DNA from: Novakomyces olei | Taxonomy: Eukaryota | Assembly (NCBI GenBank): GCA_016906335.1 | Contig: JADEYG010000004.1 | Location: forward strand, 806,001-870,000 | Direction: 5' to 3' | DNA: 64,000 bases | Part shown: positions 35,509 to 48,454 of the stretch, piece by piece | Numbering within the stretch: position 1 is the first letter of the stretch | Layout: each line of letters opens with the position of its first letter | Program-made: the position numbers and the translations under genes | The notes under the pieces: generated by a model | Database searches by the model: none | Told to the model about the DNA's origin: nothing | Seen by the model: only the letters and a program-made list of their open reading frames with translations

Positions 35509-37494
35509 ATGGCGACTACACAGACCGTCAGTATGTAAAATAAAAAGAGTATAAATAAAAGAACAAGACTTGCAGTATCGCAATGGCTCTTTGGTCGCTA
35601 ACACGCACCAGGCTGTGGCCCCTTTTGCACGTGTGCGGCAGCGGCGGAGCGGGAAATTAACACGACGGGAAATGCTCCGTCTACGCCTCTTCGCCGGCAA
35701 GTGCACAGCGGTTTAAGGCCGCCGGCAGCGTCTGAACTGCTGAGCAGTATCCACAGACAGACTGAGCCCAATGCTGCTTTTACCAGAGCGCACGGAGGCG
35801 GACAGGCACTGGACAAAGCTGCAAAAAACGCGGCATTTGCAGCGCTGCGGTTGCCCGACACTGCGATTCCTCGTCACCTTTCGGATATTGTACCGCTTCC
35901 GGACACGCGGGTTCGGCTATTGCCGCCGCCCGCAAATAAAGACACATCAGCATCGGCGCCGACGTCGGCGTCGGCTGTTCCGGCGTCGGCTGTTCCGGCG
36001 TCGGCTGATCCGACGTCGGCTGATCCGGCATCGACGTCGGCTGTTCCGACTCCACATGCGCCCGACCACCCGCCAGCGTATATCGAGCCACACCCGCCTC
36101 ACCCGGTTTTCCCTGCGCCCGTAATACACGTGCGGGAGCTCACTAAAGATGGAGCCATCAAGCGCATTTACCACGTGGAAATGGACGTTTCGCAATACAA
36201 ATTGGAGCCGGGAGAGACGTGGAGGATTGGGGGCACTTTTGGGCTAATTGCCCCCAATTCTCATTTCTGGGTCGACGCGCTACTGCTCCGGCTCAATGTT
36301 TCAAGGGAGATGGCTGATGCGCCAGTCACGCTGGAGACTACGGGCGGCCGATGGCCGTCCGTATGGGGCGACGATAAGCCACGATCATTGGTCACTACGC
36401 GCCGTGACCTTTGCATGTGGGCTACCGATTTCATGTCGGCGCCAGTGACAAAGGAGTTGATACGCGTTCTAGCGCAGTATGATTCAGAGGAGTGGGAAAA
36501 GCGGGTTCTGCTCTACCTGTGCTCTCGGCAGGGTCAGGAGACGTTTTGTGGACTGAGGTCTTTGGGCAGTGTCTCTTTACTGCAGCTGCTATCGGCTTTT
36601 CCGCACTCACAGCCGCCGTTAGAGGCATTGCTCTCTGTACTGCCACAGCTAATGCCGAGGTGGTACTCGCTGTCGAACGATTATAATGAGGAAAAACGCG
36701 TACTGGAGTTTGCCTTTACCGTAGCGCATATCGACGATTGGAAGCGTGGCATGAGACACGGGGTTGCTACCACGTATCTGGAAGATTTTTGTAGGGAGTT
36801 TATGCGGCGTGAGAAGGCGGGAGAGCCGACGGATATGCATTTGCCCATCTTTCGTGGACTGCAACGGAATCCATTCGCACACGATTTTGCCATTGACGGG
36901 CCCATGATTCTGATTGGCGCAGGAGTCGGTATTGCGCCCTTTAGAGGCTTTATTCAGCGCAGATTGGCCAGTGCTTCCTGCCTGGGCAAAGTGTGGGTCA
37001 TCCAGGGGTGCCGGGACCAGGAACTGGATGGTATCTACTCTGAGGACTGGGAGGCCTCAAGCTCACTGGCCGATTCTCAAGACGAAGATGATGGTAGCGT
37101 GCAGAAAGTCATTGAGGCTACTAGCGAGAAAGTCAATGGCGCTAAGCTGAACGGACTGCAAAAGAGGTTTGCTGGAGTCAAGATCAATCAAAGCTCTGGA
37201 ACAATTACACCCTCGGGTAAAAAGATCAGGTACGTGGCCGAATCACGTGCGGGCCGTCACGAGTATGTGCAGGACGAAATCAGGCGGCAATCGGCCCTTA
37301 TTTGGCACGTGATTTCGAGTGAGAAGGGAAGGGTTTACCTCTGTGGTTCTGGATCTGGATTCGTCCAGGAAGTGGAGAATGCACTGGTCGATGCAGTGAT
37401 CAAAGAAGCCGGCGTGACCCGAGAAGAAGCAACAGGGTTGTGGCGAAAATGGAACGACCCACTTGTGTACAAGTATATAAAGGAGGTTTGGTAG
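35509..37494 (+). CDS. Methionine-synthase-reductase-like FAD/NADPH oxidoreductase lacking a flavodoxin domain, 2 exons
   Basis: LPQLMPRWYSLSN, GVATTYL, PMILIGAGVGIAPFRGF, GCRD, YVQD, VYLCGSG and C-terminal YIKEVW. Short first exon with intron gtatgt..ctaac..cag. Confidence 0.85.
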
Positions 37495-37745
37495 GGAAAT
37501 GGATGGCGTGCATACCGGTCTGGCGCGGGAATAAAGGGCATTAACATTGATGCATCTTGTTTATTCTCCCGTCTTGATAATTTGTTTTAAACATCACCAA
37601 TTGGCAGAGTACACGTGCACGGGATTTGACGAGCACAAAGACGAACAAAGGGCGGGAATAAAAAGCCTTATACATTATGAACCTCTATAAAAATGCGCAC
37701 ATTCGATACAATGTGTTGCATATCGTGTGCATGCTTATTACATTA

Positions 37746-37859
<114 letters not shown>

Positions 37860-37962
37860 GAAGTCAAGTCATGCTAGTCTACCAGTGCCAGACACCTGCG
37901 CGTAATACCTAAATCTTATTGCATTGAACTATAGAGATTGACAAAAGTCTCTACTCGTCTTT

Positions 37963-39147
37963 TTACTTTCGGCGACCTCGTTTCCATGCCTTGCAAAAAT
38001 CAGCTTTATCTGAAACGCTCATTCGAAGACGGCGAAGCCTGCCCAAGCGCGAGAGCGCATCGGCTACATTTTCGGCAGCAGGAGTAGACAAAGGCGCCCC
38101 GACACGGCCTCGAACTCCATGCGAAATCCCACCAACAAGTCGATAGATAAAAGCAAAAGCATTAGAGCCAATTGGAGTAGTAATATCGGGGGGCTCGTAT
38201 TTGAATGAAATCGGGAAAACGCGTCGATTAGCAGGCAAATCACCAACAGAGTCACAAAGACTTAAAAGACCTCGGCCATTCGAGGTAGTGCCCTACAATT
38301 CATTAATTATCCAAAAATACAATTTAAAAAGTCATAAATAAAAACAATAATAAGAATAAAAGGCCTAAATAATAGTTAATGATTACAACCTACTTCTGGA
38401 AAGATGACAATTATGCGATCGCGGTTCGAATCGCAAAGCTCTGATACTTTATAAAGCGAGCGATCTTTTGTGCTCTGGCCCAAACTTAATTTCAAAGCCT
38501 GTAGAAAAGACAGCGGCTGTACGCGCGCCTCGTTGGGGAAACTTTGCGTGAAAAGTGCAGGAAAGCTAAGGATAAGCAGACATATTCGAGACAAAAGACT
38601 TACTACAAGTCGAGTACAATAACATCAAGAGGCGAGGAATGGTTGGCGACAATTATGTCACCCTTTTCAGGTTGCTGTCGGTTTCTAATCATCATCAGCA
38701 TTTTATTTTCTTAAATAAAAGAAACAAAAATAAAATAAAAAATCAAAATCAAAACAAAAACATAGCAAAATAAAATAAAATAAAAATATCGCCTTACCCT
38801 CCCTCGCGCTGGAATGCTATCCAATGAATGCCGGCAATCCATAAGGCAGAACGAACAGATTCTTGGCGAACGGCAGAAAAAATTAGGGGGGCAAACGGGT
38901 CAAGCAAATGCTTTAACAAGACATTGACAAAGATCGTGTGAGCAGCCAGCCAGGGCAGCAGAAAAATAATTCGTAAAACAAAAACAATAGTGCGGACTAG
39001 GACGGCCAAAAATGATGGTAATCCTTCGGTAGTAGCGGGAATAGGGTAAAAAGGTGCTATTCCAGTTCCAGGATCTAATTAATGAATTAGCAATAGCTTT
39101 GAGTAACTAAAAAACAAAATACCTCTCCACTGTGAAAACTTTTCCAT
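37963..39147 (-). CDS. LOA1: Lysophosphatidic acid acyltransferase Loa1/Vps66, multi-exon
   Basis: MEKFSQWR|DPGTGIAPFYP, GDIIVANHSSPLDV, IVIFPE|GTTSNGRGLL and ALSRLGRLRR. Confidence 0.9.
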
Positions 39148-39269
39148 TGCTTGCGCGCTCTACAGGCTGAGTAAATGAAAACTCAATAACCGTCACCGCC
39201 TCATAATGCAGTCAAACCAACGAGCGGCAAGCAAGTACGTATGAACAAGTGAGAGCTCGTCGGTTCTAC

Positions 39270-39338
<69 letters not shown>
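39270..39338. repeat. (TAT)n microsatellite
   Basis: In a divergent promoter spacer. Confidence 0.95.
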
Positions 39339-39339
<1 letters not shown>

Positions 39340-39465
39340 ATACGGGGTAAATTCAGTTATTTGTTCTTGAATCTAGTGCAAATTACATCACTACAGCTCA
39401 AATTACACGACTTTAAATCACCCCTCTGCTCCAAAATCTGGCCCGCAAATGGTGTAAAAACGGCA

Positions 39466-40960
39466 ATGGCAAGCGACTCGGTGGTTGACACAACGCGCGT
39501 AGCGCACCGTCGTGCGTGTGCGATGGTGCGAGCAAATCACGAGCTTTACTCTCCGTTTTTGAATGAGCCATTGGGGCTACACGACATTAGAGCAAATACA
39601 TTTCCATTGGTAAGTATCGATCAGCAGTTCTGGGCTAACAAGTAGACAATGCAATCTCTATACTTGCTGAGTATAGATCCCGACGTAATGATTGTGTTCA
39701 ATGACTCTACCGCCCATCAAAGGCTGTCGCGTTCCCACGAAGGCATGCACACCGAGGAAATAACTACCCACGATTGGCGGTCGTACGTGGCGCGTCCAGA
39801 CTATGTGCAGAATTTTTCTACTTTTTTCAATGACGAAATGACGCATCTTCAATATGATGCACATCGATTATGCTCTCAATACGTTGATGAGTACGGATTA
39901 AATATGCTCAATTGCTGTAAGTTATTGTACCAAATCGTTGTTTGATTTCAATCGTGTCCTTTTGTAATGTGCTATAATATATATCTGTATACATATGTTT
40001 GCTCGCACCAGTCTAGGTCGAATTTTGTTTTATTTCCAATGCTAATCTAGCACTTTACTTGTACACTTTATACCTAACAATGTAGCAATGGTTCCTATTC
40101 AAATGCTGGCTTGCGGGTTGGGTCTTGACGTTGTGTCTGTAATTGAAGATGGCAAGTTGGCTATGAGCCGTGATAAAAGCATGAATAAATTAAACAATAC
40201 TCAGAGGTGATTAAAGGATAATTAACTAACTGTACAGGACTTGCTATAGCAGCAGCTTCTGGCCGGCTTAAATTGGAGAAACCCTTAAACAAGGGAAAAG
40301 ACAATAATATTATGTACGAAGAACTGACACAGCTTTCGGCCCATAGATTTGACGATGCTGCACGGATGCCTGGAGTGCCTATACGCAGTTTTCATCTTTT
40401 GAATGCCCTTGTCACAATTAATGCTATTCATTCTTTGTGCGTCGCTAAATTCTTGTCTCCGAGTACTCTGGAACTGTGGCTCGATTCTGCTACAACCGGG
40501 GCCGTCCCTGATGACAAAAGCCTTCATGAGGCTCCCATTGCAGGAGCCGTCGCCGAAGGCGAGGAGATGTACGACAAGGCAGGCGTTGCCTCCTGGTTTG
40601 AAATCTCACGTTGGCTTAATATTGTGGATATCTCATCAAAGGATCTTGAAATTAGGGGTTAGTATTCAGCATAATAGGATCAATAACGCTATTTAAGGAC
40701 AAAAAAAAAAGAAAAAAAAAAAAAAAGGCAAACAGCCGTTGTAATGCTGTTAGCCTCGATTATTTGAAGTCTATTTGTTTTTCTTTTTTATTTTATATAT
40801 ACACAGTTTCTTTGGCCTTCGTACCATTGTATGATTCTTTTTATCTTCTGATTCTTGCTAATAATATCTAGCACTTGCGGCTCTTCGACATATGGGCTAT
40901 AAACTTGGTTCAGAAGACAAGTACATTCGTATCGCGACTCAGCTATTCAAAAAATTTTAG
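39466..40960 (+). CDS. Divergent questin-oxidase-like (DUF4243) protein, multi-exon
   Basis: MVRANHELYS, SLYLLSI, EITTHDWRSYVARPDYVQNFSTFFNDEM and SFHLLNALVTINAI resemble my recollection of the DUF4243 pattern. Canonical introns. The internal exon structure is only partly resolved. Confidence 0.6.
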
Positions 40961-41057
40961 CGCTGTATCATAATTAATATTAAATATCGAAACATAAAAT
41001 ACAATCTTTTATATCATTGTAACGTAATAAATTATACAGACGTACATTAAGAGGCTC

Positions 41058-44000
41058 CTATACACCATAAATCTCATTCAAATCGATGAGAGCTTCGTTC
41101 AGTCTCCTTCGAGCAGGAGTAGTAGAGTCTCGCTGACTTGAAGCATTAACACTGCTCATACTTCTTCGCGTTTGATTAGTAGCAAACGAAGCAGATTGTT
41201 TCAGATTAAACAAATCTCGTATCTGATTAAATGTAAAGCCTCCAGGTCCATGCACTTTATCTTCATGCTCTCGCAAATACTGTAAAATATCGGAGAAATC
41301 TTGGCCAAAACAATTGTAAAAAGTTATAGTACGCGAAAAGTCTGCATCCGCCGGATTTGTGACCAAACTTCGCATGTTTTGTTCAAGAGCGCGGATATTC
41401 TTGAGCAGATATGCGGCGCCTTCACTATTCATTACCGAAAATTCATGGGCATCTTGGATGAAAAGAAGATTCATGAATGGTGCCAAACCGAACAAGATAC
41501 CCCTGAGAATATTAGCGATGTTCTGATATTACATTTGCTAATTCTCGACACTTTTCGTTTGTCTTCATTTTCATTTTTGTTTTGTTTCAATTATTTTTAG
41601 TTTCTTGTTTACTTGTTATTCGTTTCAATTTAATACTTTTTTATTCTTATTCTGTTAAATACCTTTTATCGTCTGGCGGCATGATACCCTCAATTGTATC
41701 CTGAAAGTTTATTAAATAACGGTTCAGCATGATCGTGTTTGGCAGGAGATCTAACTCGGGATAATCCAAGCAGAAATCCTTCTTTGTGTAGTCTGTAATG
41801 TACCACATGACCCGGAGAAAAAGATCGGCTCTTAGAGTTCGAATAATCTCTAATCTCAACGTATCAAACGATGTCTTGAGCTCGTGAAGAGTGCTAGAAA
41901 TCAGAATACCAGAAAGAAAGAACGCAAGAATGTTGTAGATAAACAAACAAAGAATGGATAATGGCAATTTGAGAAAAATTCGATAGCCTAATTTGAAATT
42001 AAAGAAACGTACCTAGTCATCTTGGCATCACTCAGAAATGCCTTTGTCTGCTGTCTGTCCTTGTTTGTGATAACGCTTGTATTGGAAACGGCTTTAAGTA
42101 GCGACATTCGTTTTGAAGAAGAACTAGCTCCATCTGAGCTCGAGGGGGCTTTGCCTTGAGTATTACTGCCATCAAAAATTAAATCCGTGAAAAGGCTAAT
42201 ACTTGTGCACAGCGAGGCTAAGAACATTATATCGTTTGTGTCGCTTTCTTGCATTCCCTGAATATCTCCCATTTGTGACCATATCTCGTCCAAAAGCCTT
42301 GTCTCCTAATGATAAGAGGTAAGTAAAGAATTTTGTTGTTGTCAAAATGCAAAAATAGCTAAAATAGTCTGAATTGAAATGAAAACATAAATAATGAATA
42401 ATGAATAATAAATAAACAAGGAACAAAATAAATAAAAACAGCCATCTATTTCCCAAGTTAATATTTACCTTTGATAGAGGATCCTGAGTATCTTGCTTGG
42501 CATGACTTAAAGATGCCAGCAACCCATATATAATATCCCTATAAGCTGGCTTCTCAGCTATCTCATTCGCCAAGGCAGATATCCATTTCTGATTGCTGTC
42601 TCTCCCTATACCCGAGCCGTTTGTAGTTGTGGAAGATGTCGCATTGATGACTTCTGCAAGGATTAGATTTAATACAAAACATGAAATGCTTCTTCTCCAA
42701 ATGAAAAGGGAAACAAAAAATATACAAAAAATTTATAAGCCAAAAGAAATAATTAATTAATTAAAATTAAAAAAGATAAAAATAGAAATAGAAATAAGTA
42801 AAAATTCGAAAAATTAGAAACACCAAACGTTGGAGCCAAAATTCCTCAAATAATTTGCCTAGACTCATACCTTTAAAATGGCGTCGAATTTGTTTCAAAA
42901 ACTTGTTTATTAAACCGAAAACCATACTCTGCTGCTCCTCCTGGTTGTAAGGGATATCCTTTAGCAAACTGACTGTGCGATCGATGACACGAACAATATC
43001 CAATACACACTATAGTTAATAGACGATAAATTTAAAAAGAAAAAAGTCGTTAAAATATACCCTGCACACTGGATATGTTGATATTTGTTCCCAACCACTC
43101 TCGCTCGACCAGCAATTCTCAGATATCATAATCTGTTCGAAATTATGGTCCATATTCTCGCGCAGCTGCTGGAAAAAAATTCCTGAAACAAAAGTGTCAA
43201 GAAACGATGAGAATCCTCCAACAGAGACGTTGCAGCTGTATTTGTTAGTTTAGGTATGCTAAATTACCGTAAATCGGATAAACAGACAAGAAGAAAAGGA
43301 AAGTTGACAATTAGCGATAAAAAATAGCGATGTAGGTATTAATCCATAACCAAAAGAACATTAAAAGCGAACAATTAAAATCGGCTTATGTAAAGCATAC
43401 CCCCGTAAAATAAGTCTTTCAAGTTCGTTTGTAAAATGAAGCGTAGGCTTGAGCAAAATAGCTAAATTGAAAAGTGAAGGGGCAGCAAGCATTCTGTGAC
43501 CAACAGACATTCTTTCCTCTTCTGCTCTTCCTGATTCACCGCCGCCATTATTGCTCTGAGAAATGTTTGCTTTCTCCGATTGATTTGACTGATAATTTGC
43601 CAGTCCCGGAGCGACTATTCGCAGCTTTTCCGAAATATCGTCCTCCAGTACCTGAAGATCCGAACTCTCGGCGTCGAAATCAGCAAGCCGAAATGGACGT
43701 CCAAATCGATCAGTACGATTACGTCGGTAACTAAAAATATCCGTTACAGCTAGCTCTGTCGAATTTAAGAGAGACGACTGGTCCGGTTGTACTTCCGTGT
43801 CCTCTATTATATAGTCACGAAACATTGACGTAATCTCATTCTGAATTGGCATCCATATTTCAAGCATTTCATAGTCTAATGCTTTTCCAGAATTTGTATT
43901 TGCACTCGAGCCATTGCTCGCTTGCTTGAAGGCTTCTGCTCCCGCTTGATTTTGCGTACTGCTGCTAGTTTGAGCCCGTCGATTAATACGTGTGATAGCA

Positions 44001-45876
44001 TCATGCACAATTAAATGAGCCTCAATGACCGCCTTTAATTTGGCAAACAATGTTCGTACCAGATCTTCCAAAGCTACTGTATATATGGGCTCTTCAAATA
44101 CGGTGGTTTTCTTGAGCAAAAATGAAGCTTTGCTGCCGCCTTCAGATGTTTGCAAGCCATGAATTGCGGCTATATCCGTTACGGTTTTATCCACCAGCTG
44201 GTAAATTTCAGTTGGAAGCCTTTGATATATAGAATGGATAACGTTGGGCAAATCGTTCAGCGAATTCATGGAATCAATTAGTGTTCGAATATACCGCAGA
44301 GAGTCTGCCTCTGGATTCTCATTATCAACATCCGCAAGCTGCCTTTAGCACAATACGAACACCGATAAATAATAAATAATAAATAATAAATAATAAATAA
44401 TAAATAATAAATAATAAATAATAAATAATAAATAATAAATAATAAATAATAAATAATAAATAATAAATAATAAATAATAAATAATAAATAATAAATAATA
44501 AATAATAAATAATAAATAATAAATAATAAATAATAAATAATAAATAATAAATAATAAATAATAAATAATAAATAATAAATAATAAATAATAAATAATAAA
44601 TAATAAATAATAAATAATAAATAATAAATAATAAATGAGCAGAAACGCATACAGAACTTACATTTCGTCCGTCAATGGCGAGACTGGTATCAGCGTCGTC
44701 AGAAACCTCATCATCACCATTGCGCAATGCAAAACTGCCACTTCCACGAGATGACACTGGCTGAGAAATTTGTCTACCGTCATCTCCCAGAACCGACATG
44801 TCCTCGGATTTTGCTCTTGTTTTATCCCATCTTTCTCTGCAATACGGAGATTTAAGATAGAGGTGATTGTGTAGCTCGTCCAGTAATATATCTTTAACAG
44901 ACTATATTTCATAAGCAAGACAAAAACGAAGTCGAGAAACAAAGATGGCTTGTTGTAACCTTGAAAAAACAGATAATAACAAATTATTAAAAACACAAAA
45001 TCAAATCTTGTCATACCGCCTCCTGTGAGCGCAAATACAGAGCTATCCCCTGTAAAGCGCTCAAGTCCGATAGCTCTTTATCAGCCAGTTCCGCAAGAGC
45101 AGAATGTAATTGAGTGGTAGCAGAATGAAACTTCTTCTCCCCCAAAAGTAAATCTATTTGATCAGGAATAGCGCGCAGTCCATTAATACGGCGCAGCAAG
45201 GCCAAAGTGTGCATGTGATCCCGAGAAATCTCATGTAACTGGGCTACATGAGCCTCATCGTGTCCTGCAAAAAGCTCTTTTGACTTTTGCATGTTTGCAC
45301 TGATAGCATCGGCATGCTGAAGCGATATTTGTAGTCCGGCGGTAACATTATCATATGTTCCAAGAGCATTATTAAAATCCTCATAATGATCTGTACTATT
45401 AGACTATAACATTCAAGGAAGGTAGGCGGTTTGAAACAGTTTGTCTAATCTTATTCAAAGAACAAGCTAATTATTAAATTTTTGAATATTTTAAAATAAC
45501 AGAAATGTCTGCTTGACCGAGTTTCAGAAACAGCATGAGGAAACTGTTCATCAAAATAGCTAGGGATAGAGGGAAAGTATAGGGTAATTCGACTGCCAAC
45601 AAAGATCATACCATTAACAATGCCTTGCAAGACTCGTTCAATTTGATCTTTTGTCTCGATGAAATTCTCATAGTCTCCTGCACGGCCCAATGAGCTATCG
45701 TCTAATAGCTCTAAAGCTACTTTGATCGGTACGCATCCTTCTAGCATACATGACCATTGATCCCGGATATCTTCCTCCAAGTCTGCTAATTAACGAAAGG
45801 AAAAATTGCTGAAAATACCTGCTAATTTGCGGTAAATAGCAGACCGCACGGGGCTGCCATAACGGCGCGACGTCAT
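41058..45876 (-). CDS. SEC8: Exocyst subunit Sec8, many exons
   Basis: QWSCM..VPIKVALELLDDSSLGR, IVN|DHYEDFN, LHNHLYLKSPY, ENPEADSLRYI, RLPTEIYQLVDKT, IWMPIQNEI and GHRMLAAPSLFN. Confidence 0.93.
44366..44636. repeat. (AATAAAT)n microsatellite, about 38 units, inside a SEC8 intron
   Basis: Flanked by a minus-strand gtaagt donor at about 44660 and a ctaaaggcag acceptor at about 44339. Confidence 0.95.
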
Positions 45877-45971
45877 TTGTCACGGCCAATACAATGGCGA
45901 AAGGCCATTGCTCGATCAATAATGGCGTCTAATGAATGATAGATACAGCAATATTGTCAATCGTATTAATC

Positions 45972-46085
<114 letters not shown>

Positions 46086-46169
46086 TAAATATAAATATAA
46101 ATAAATAAATAATTTTGCTATATCGATCACAAGCGAATCATCTGAGCAAGGATTGCGTCAGACCAGAAT

Positions 46170-47141
46170 ATGGCCAACATGGATCGGCCTCAAACTCCTC
46201 CGCGGCAGTCAACGGCAAGCGTACAGCAGACCACTCCGGAAGGCTTAAGGCGCCTGGAAATCGCCCGAATAAAATCGAAGGCGCTACAAGAACAGGAGCG
46301 AACCGGTGATCGTACACTTGCGCATGTTGGAGATTTAAGAGATACCCGTCAAAATTCAAGCGGCGATGCAAAGCACGCTATTGGGCCGAGCTCTATTTCA
46401 AATACTGGGGATAAAAGGAAACGAGACGGAGCCATGTTTAAACCTTTTATTGAGTTTGATATGTCCAAAATAAAGGATACAAAAGGTGGGTTTTTGGCAG
46501 ACGATGGCCAATCAGAAACAGCTCAGAGAGAGTTTGATTTGGCACAACATAGAGAATCGCAACGGAAACGTATTGTTCACGAGCCAGCTATCGATTTGGA
46601 TCCAAGCAAGAGGCCTCTATGTCAAGAGTGTAATGTTTCACCAGAGCTTGATTTTCAGATTCGAGATGTTTTTGGTGTGAACGTATGCTATCGCTGCAAA
46701 GCTGAGCATCCAGAAAAATATTCTCTTCTTACAAAGACAGAGTGCAAGGAAGATTACTTGCTGACAGAGCCAGAGCTTCGTGATACGGAGATCATGCCAC
46801 ACTTGCTTAAAGCGAACCCACACAAATCAACGTTTAGTAACATGATGCTGTACCTCCGGTGTCAAGTTGAGGTTTTTGCTTTCAAGAAATGGGGAGGAGC
46901 CGAGGGCTTGGATGCTGAGTATGAGAAGCGTATGGAGGACAAGAAACGGAAACGAGATGTTAAATTTGAAAAGAAGCTCCGTGACTTGCGTAAGCGGACA
47001 ATCACTAGTGACTGGAGTAAGCATTCTAAGCGGCAGGATGAAAGGCACCAGCATGAGTTCTCCGAAGGGTTTACCGGCCCAGATGGATCTGTAGTCCGCC
47101 GGTGTCTATGTGGGCTTGAGACTGAAGAATTTGAGCTGTGA
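46170..47141 (+). CDS. RAD14: Nucleotide excision repair protein Rad14/XPA
   Basis: FIEFDMSKIKDTKGGFL, CQEC..VCYRC, KYSLLTKTECKEDYLLTEPEL, NPHKSTFSNMMLYLR and KKWG. Confidence 0.96.
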   Translation: MANMDRPQTPPRQSTASVQQTTPEGLRRLEIARIKSKALQEQERTGDRTLAHVGDLRDTRQNSSGDAKHAIGPSSISNTGDKRKRDGAMFKPFIEFDMSKIKDTKGGFLADDGQSETAQREFDLAQHRESQRKRIVHEPAIDLDPSKRPLCQECNVSPELDFQIRDVFGVNVCYRCKAEHPEKYSLLTKTECKEDYLLTEPELRDTEIMPHLLKANPHKSTFSNMMLYLRCQVEVFAFKKWGGAEGLDAEYEKRMEDKKRKRDVKFEKKLRDLRKRTITSDWSKHSKRQDERHQHEFSEGFTGPDGSVVRRCLCGLETEEFEL

Positions 47142-47451
47142 GCTGTGAGCTGTGAGCTTTGAATTTGTCTTTTGAATAAGGGTGGGTAATGTATTTTTAT
47201 AAGGCTGTTTTGTATAGGAGTTTGATTGAGCATTCAGAGAGCAAAAATTAATTATGAAGGTAGTTGAGCAGAATTGTTGTAGATGAATTTCACCTTTAAA
47301 GGCCAACCAGTCAACATCAAGAACAAAATCAATCAAATTTAGAGTTACTCAACTACAAAAGCATGGTCTCATCCATTTAAATACTTTCTTTTGTGATTGA
47401 TTGAGCGAAATTGATGAAACAATGAGGATTGCGATCCTATTAGATTTTTCT

Positions 47452-48203
47452 CTACATAATAGTATAATCGCCAAATTTCTCCTTGTAGCCCGGTACGACC
47501 CAACGGCCTTCGCGGACAAGCTCCTCCAATTTCTGGTCGATCTCGGGTGCAGCGTCGCCCACATCGTCCATCTATATTCAAATTAGCAGAGCATAATTAA
47601 TGAATTTAGCAATGCCAGCAAATCAATTAATGCTCATTATTTATTCCTTGTAGCACAACGCCCTCAGTGTAATAATGAGCAAGCAAAAATCGACCGGCTC
47701 CTTGCCGAATTGTACTTACCGTGAGTTGCTCGAAAGGACGTGCACTCTGGATGTTCTCGAGCGTCTTGTTAAGACTGGCCAACTCCGTTTCTACCGTCTT
47801 GGCCGTATCTTGAGCGTTTTCAACCTTTTGCCCTGTTAGCATCTATGCTCGAATAATGTGTGACAGCGGCAACACATTAGAGTAAAAAGAACAAGTAGAA
47901 TTAGAGAGCACGTACAGCTTTGGCCTCGAAGGCATCAATGGCCTTGATTTGAGCACCGACATCATAGGTGACCGGCTTGAAGCTTTTGATCTTAGACTCA
48001 ACCTCGTCTACAATCTTTTTGTTTGTCAGGACTGAGCGGTACGCAGCAAAATCCACTGGCTTGTGAGCATCTTCCAAGTCATTCAACTTGGAACGTGCAG
48101 CACCATTGCGCTGACGAAGTCCATTCAGCGAAGCTACAGTCGACGCCTTAAGGCCCAAGGACGTCGAAAGCTGAGCCCAATTGATCTTTGACACCAGCGA
48201 CAT
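47452..48203 (-). CDS. ATP7: Mitochondrial ATP synthase subunit d, 3 exons
   Basis: KINWAQLS, VDFAAYRSVL, YDVGAQIKAI, LENIQSARPFEQLT|MDDV and GRWVVPGYKEKFGD. Confidence 0.95.
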
Positions 48204-48454
48204 CGTCGAACAATGGAGGTTCCTTTGCTTGATCTAACCGGCTCTTCCGTCTGGTATATTTTGTATTTACTTGTATGTTTTGTTAAAATATTGCGTTGCA
48301 AAATTTAGTACTATTTTCACTATATAACTGCGATTATTTACTACCCATCCTACAATGGAGCACTGTGATTACTTGCTGATTTGAAGTAACAAAAGTACGT
48401 ATTTATGTATGTATATCCATTAAAATCTTTTTGCATATGTGAATACAGGGTTTT

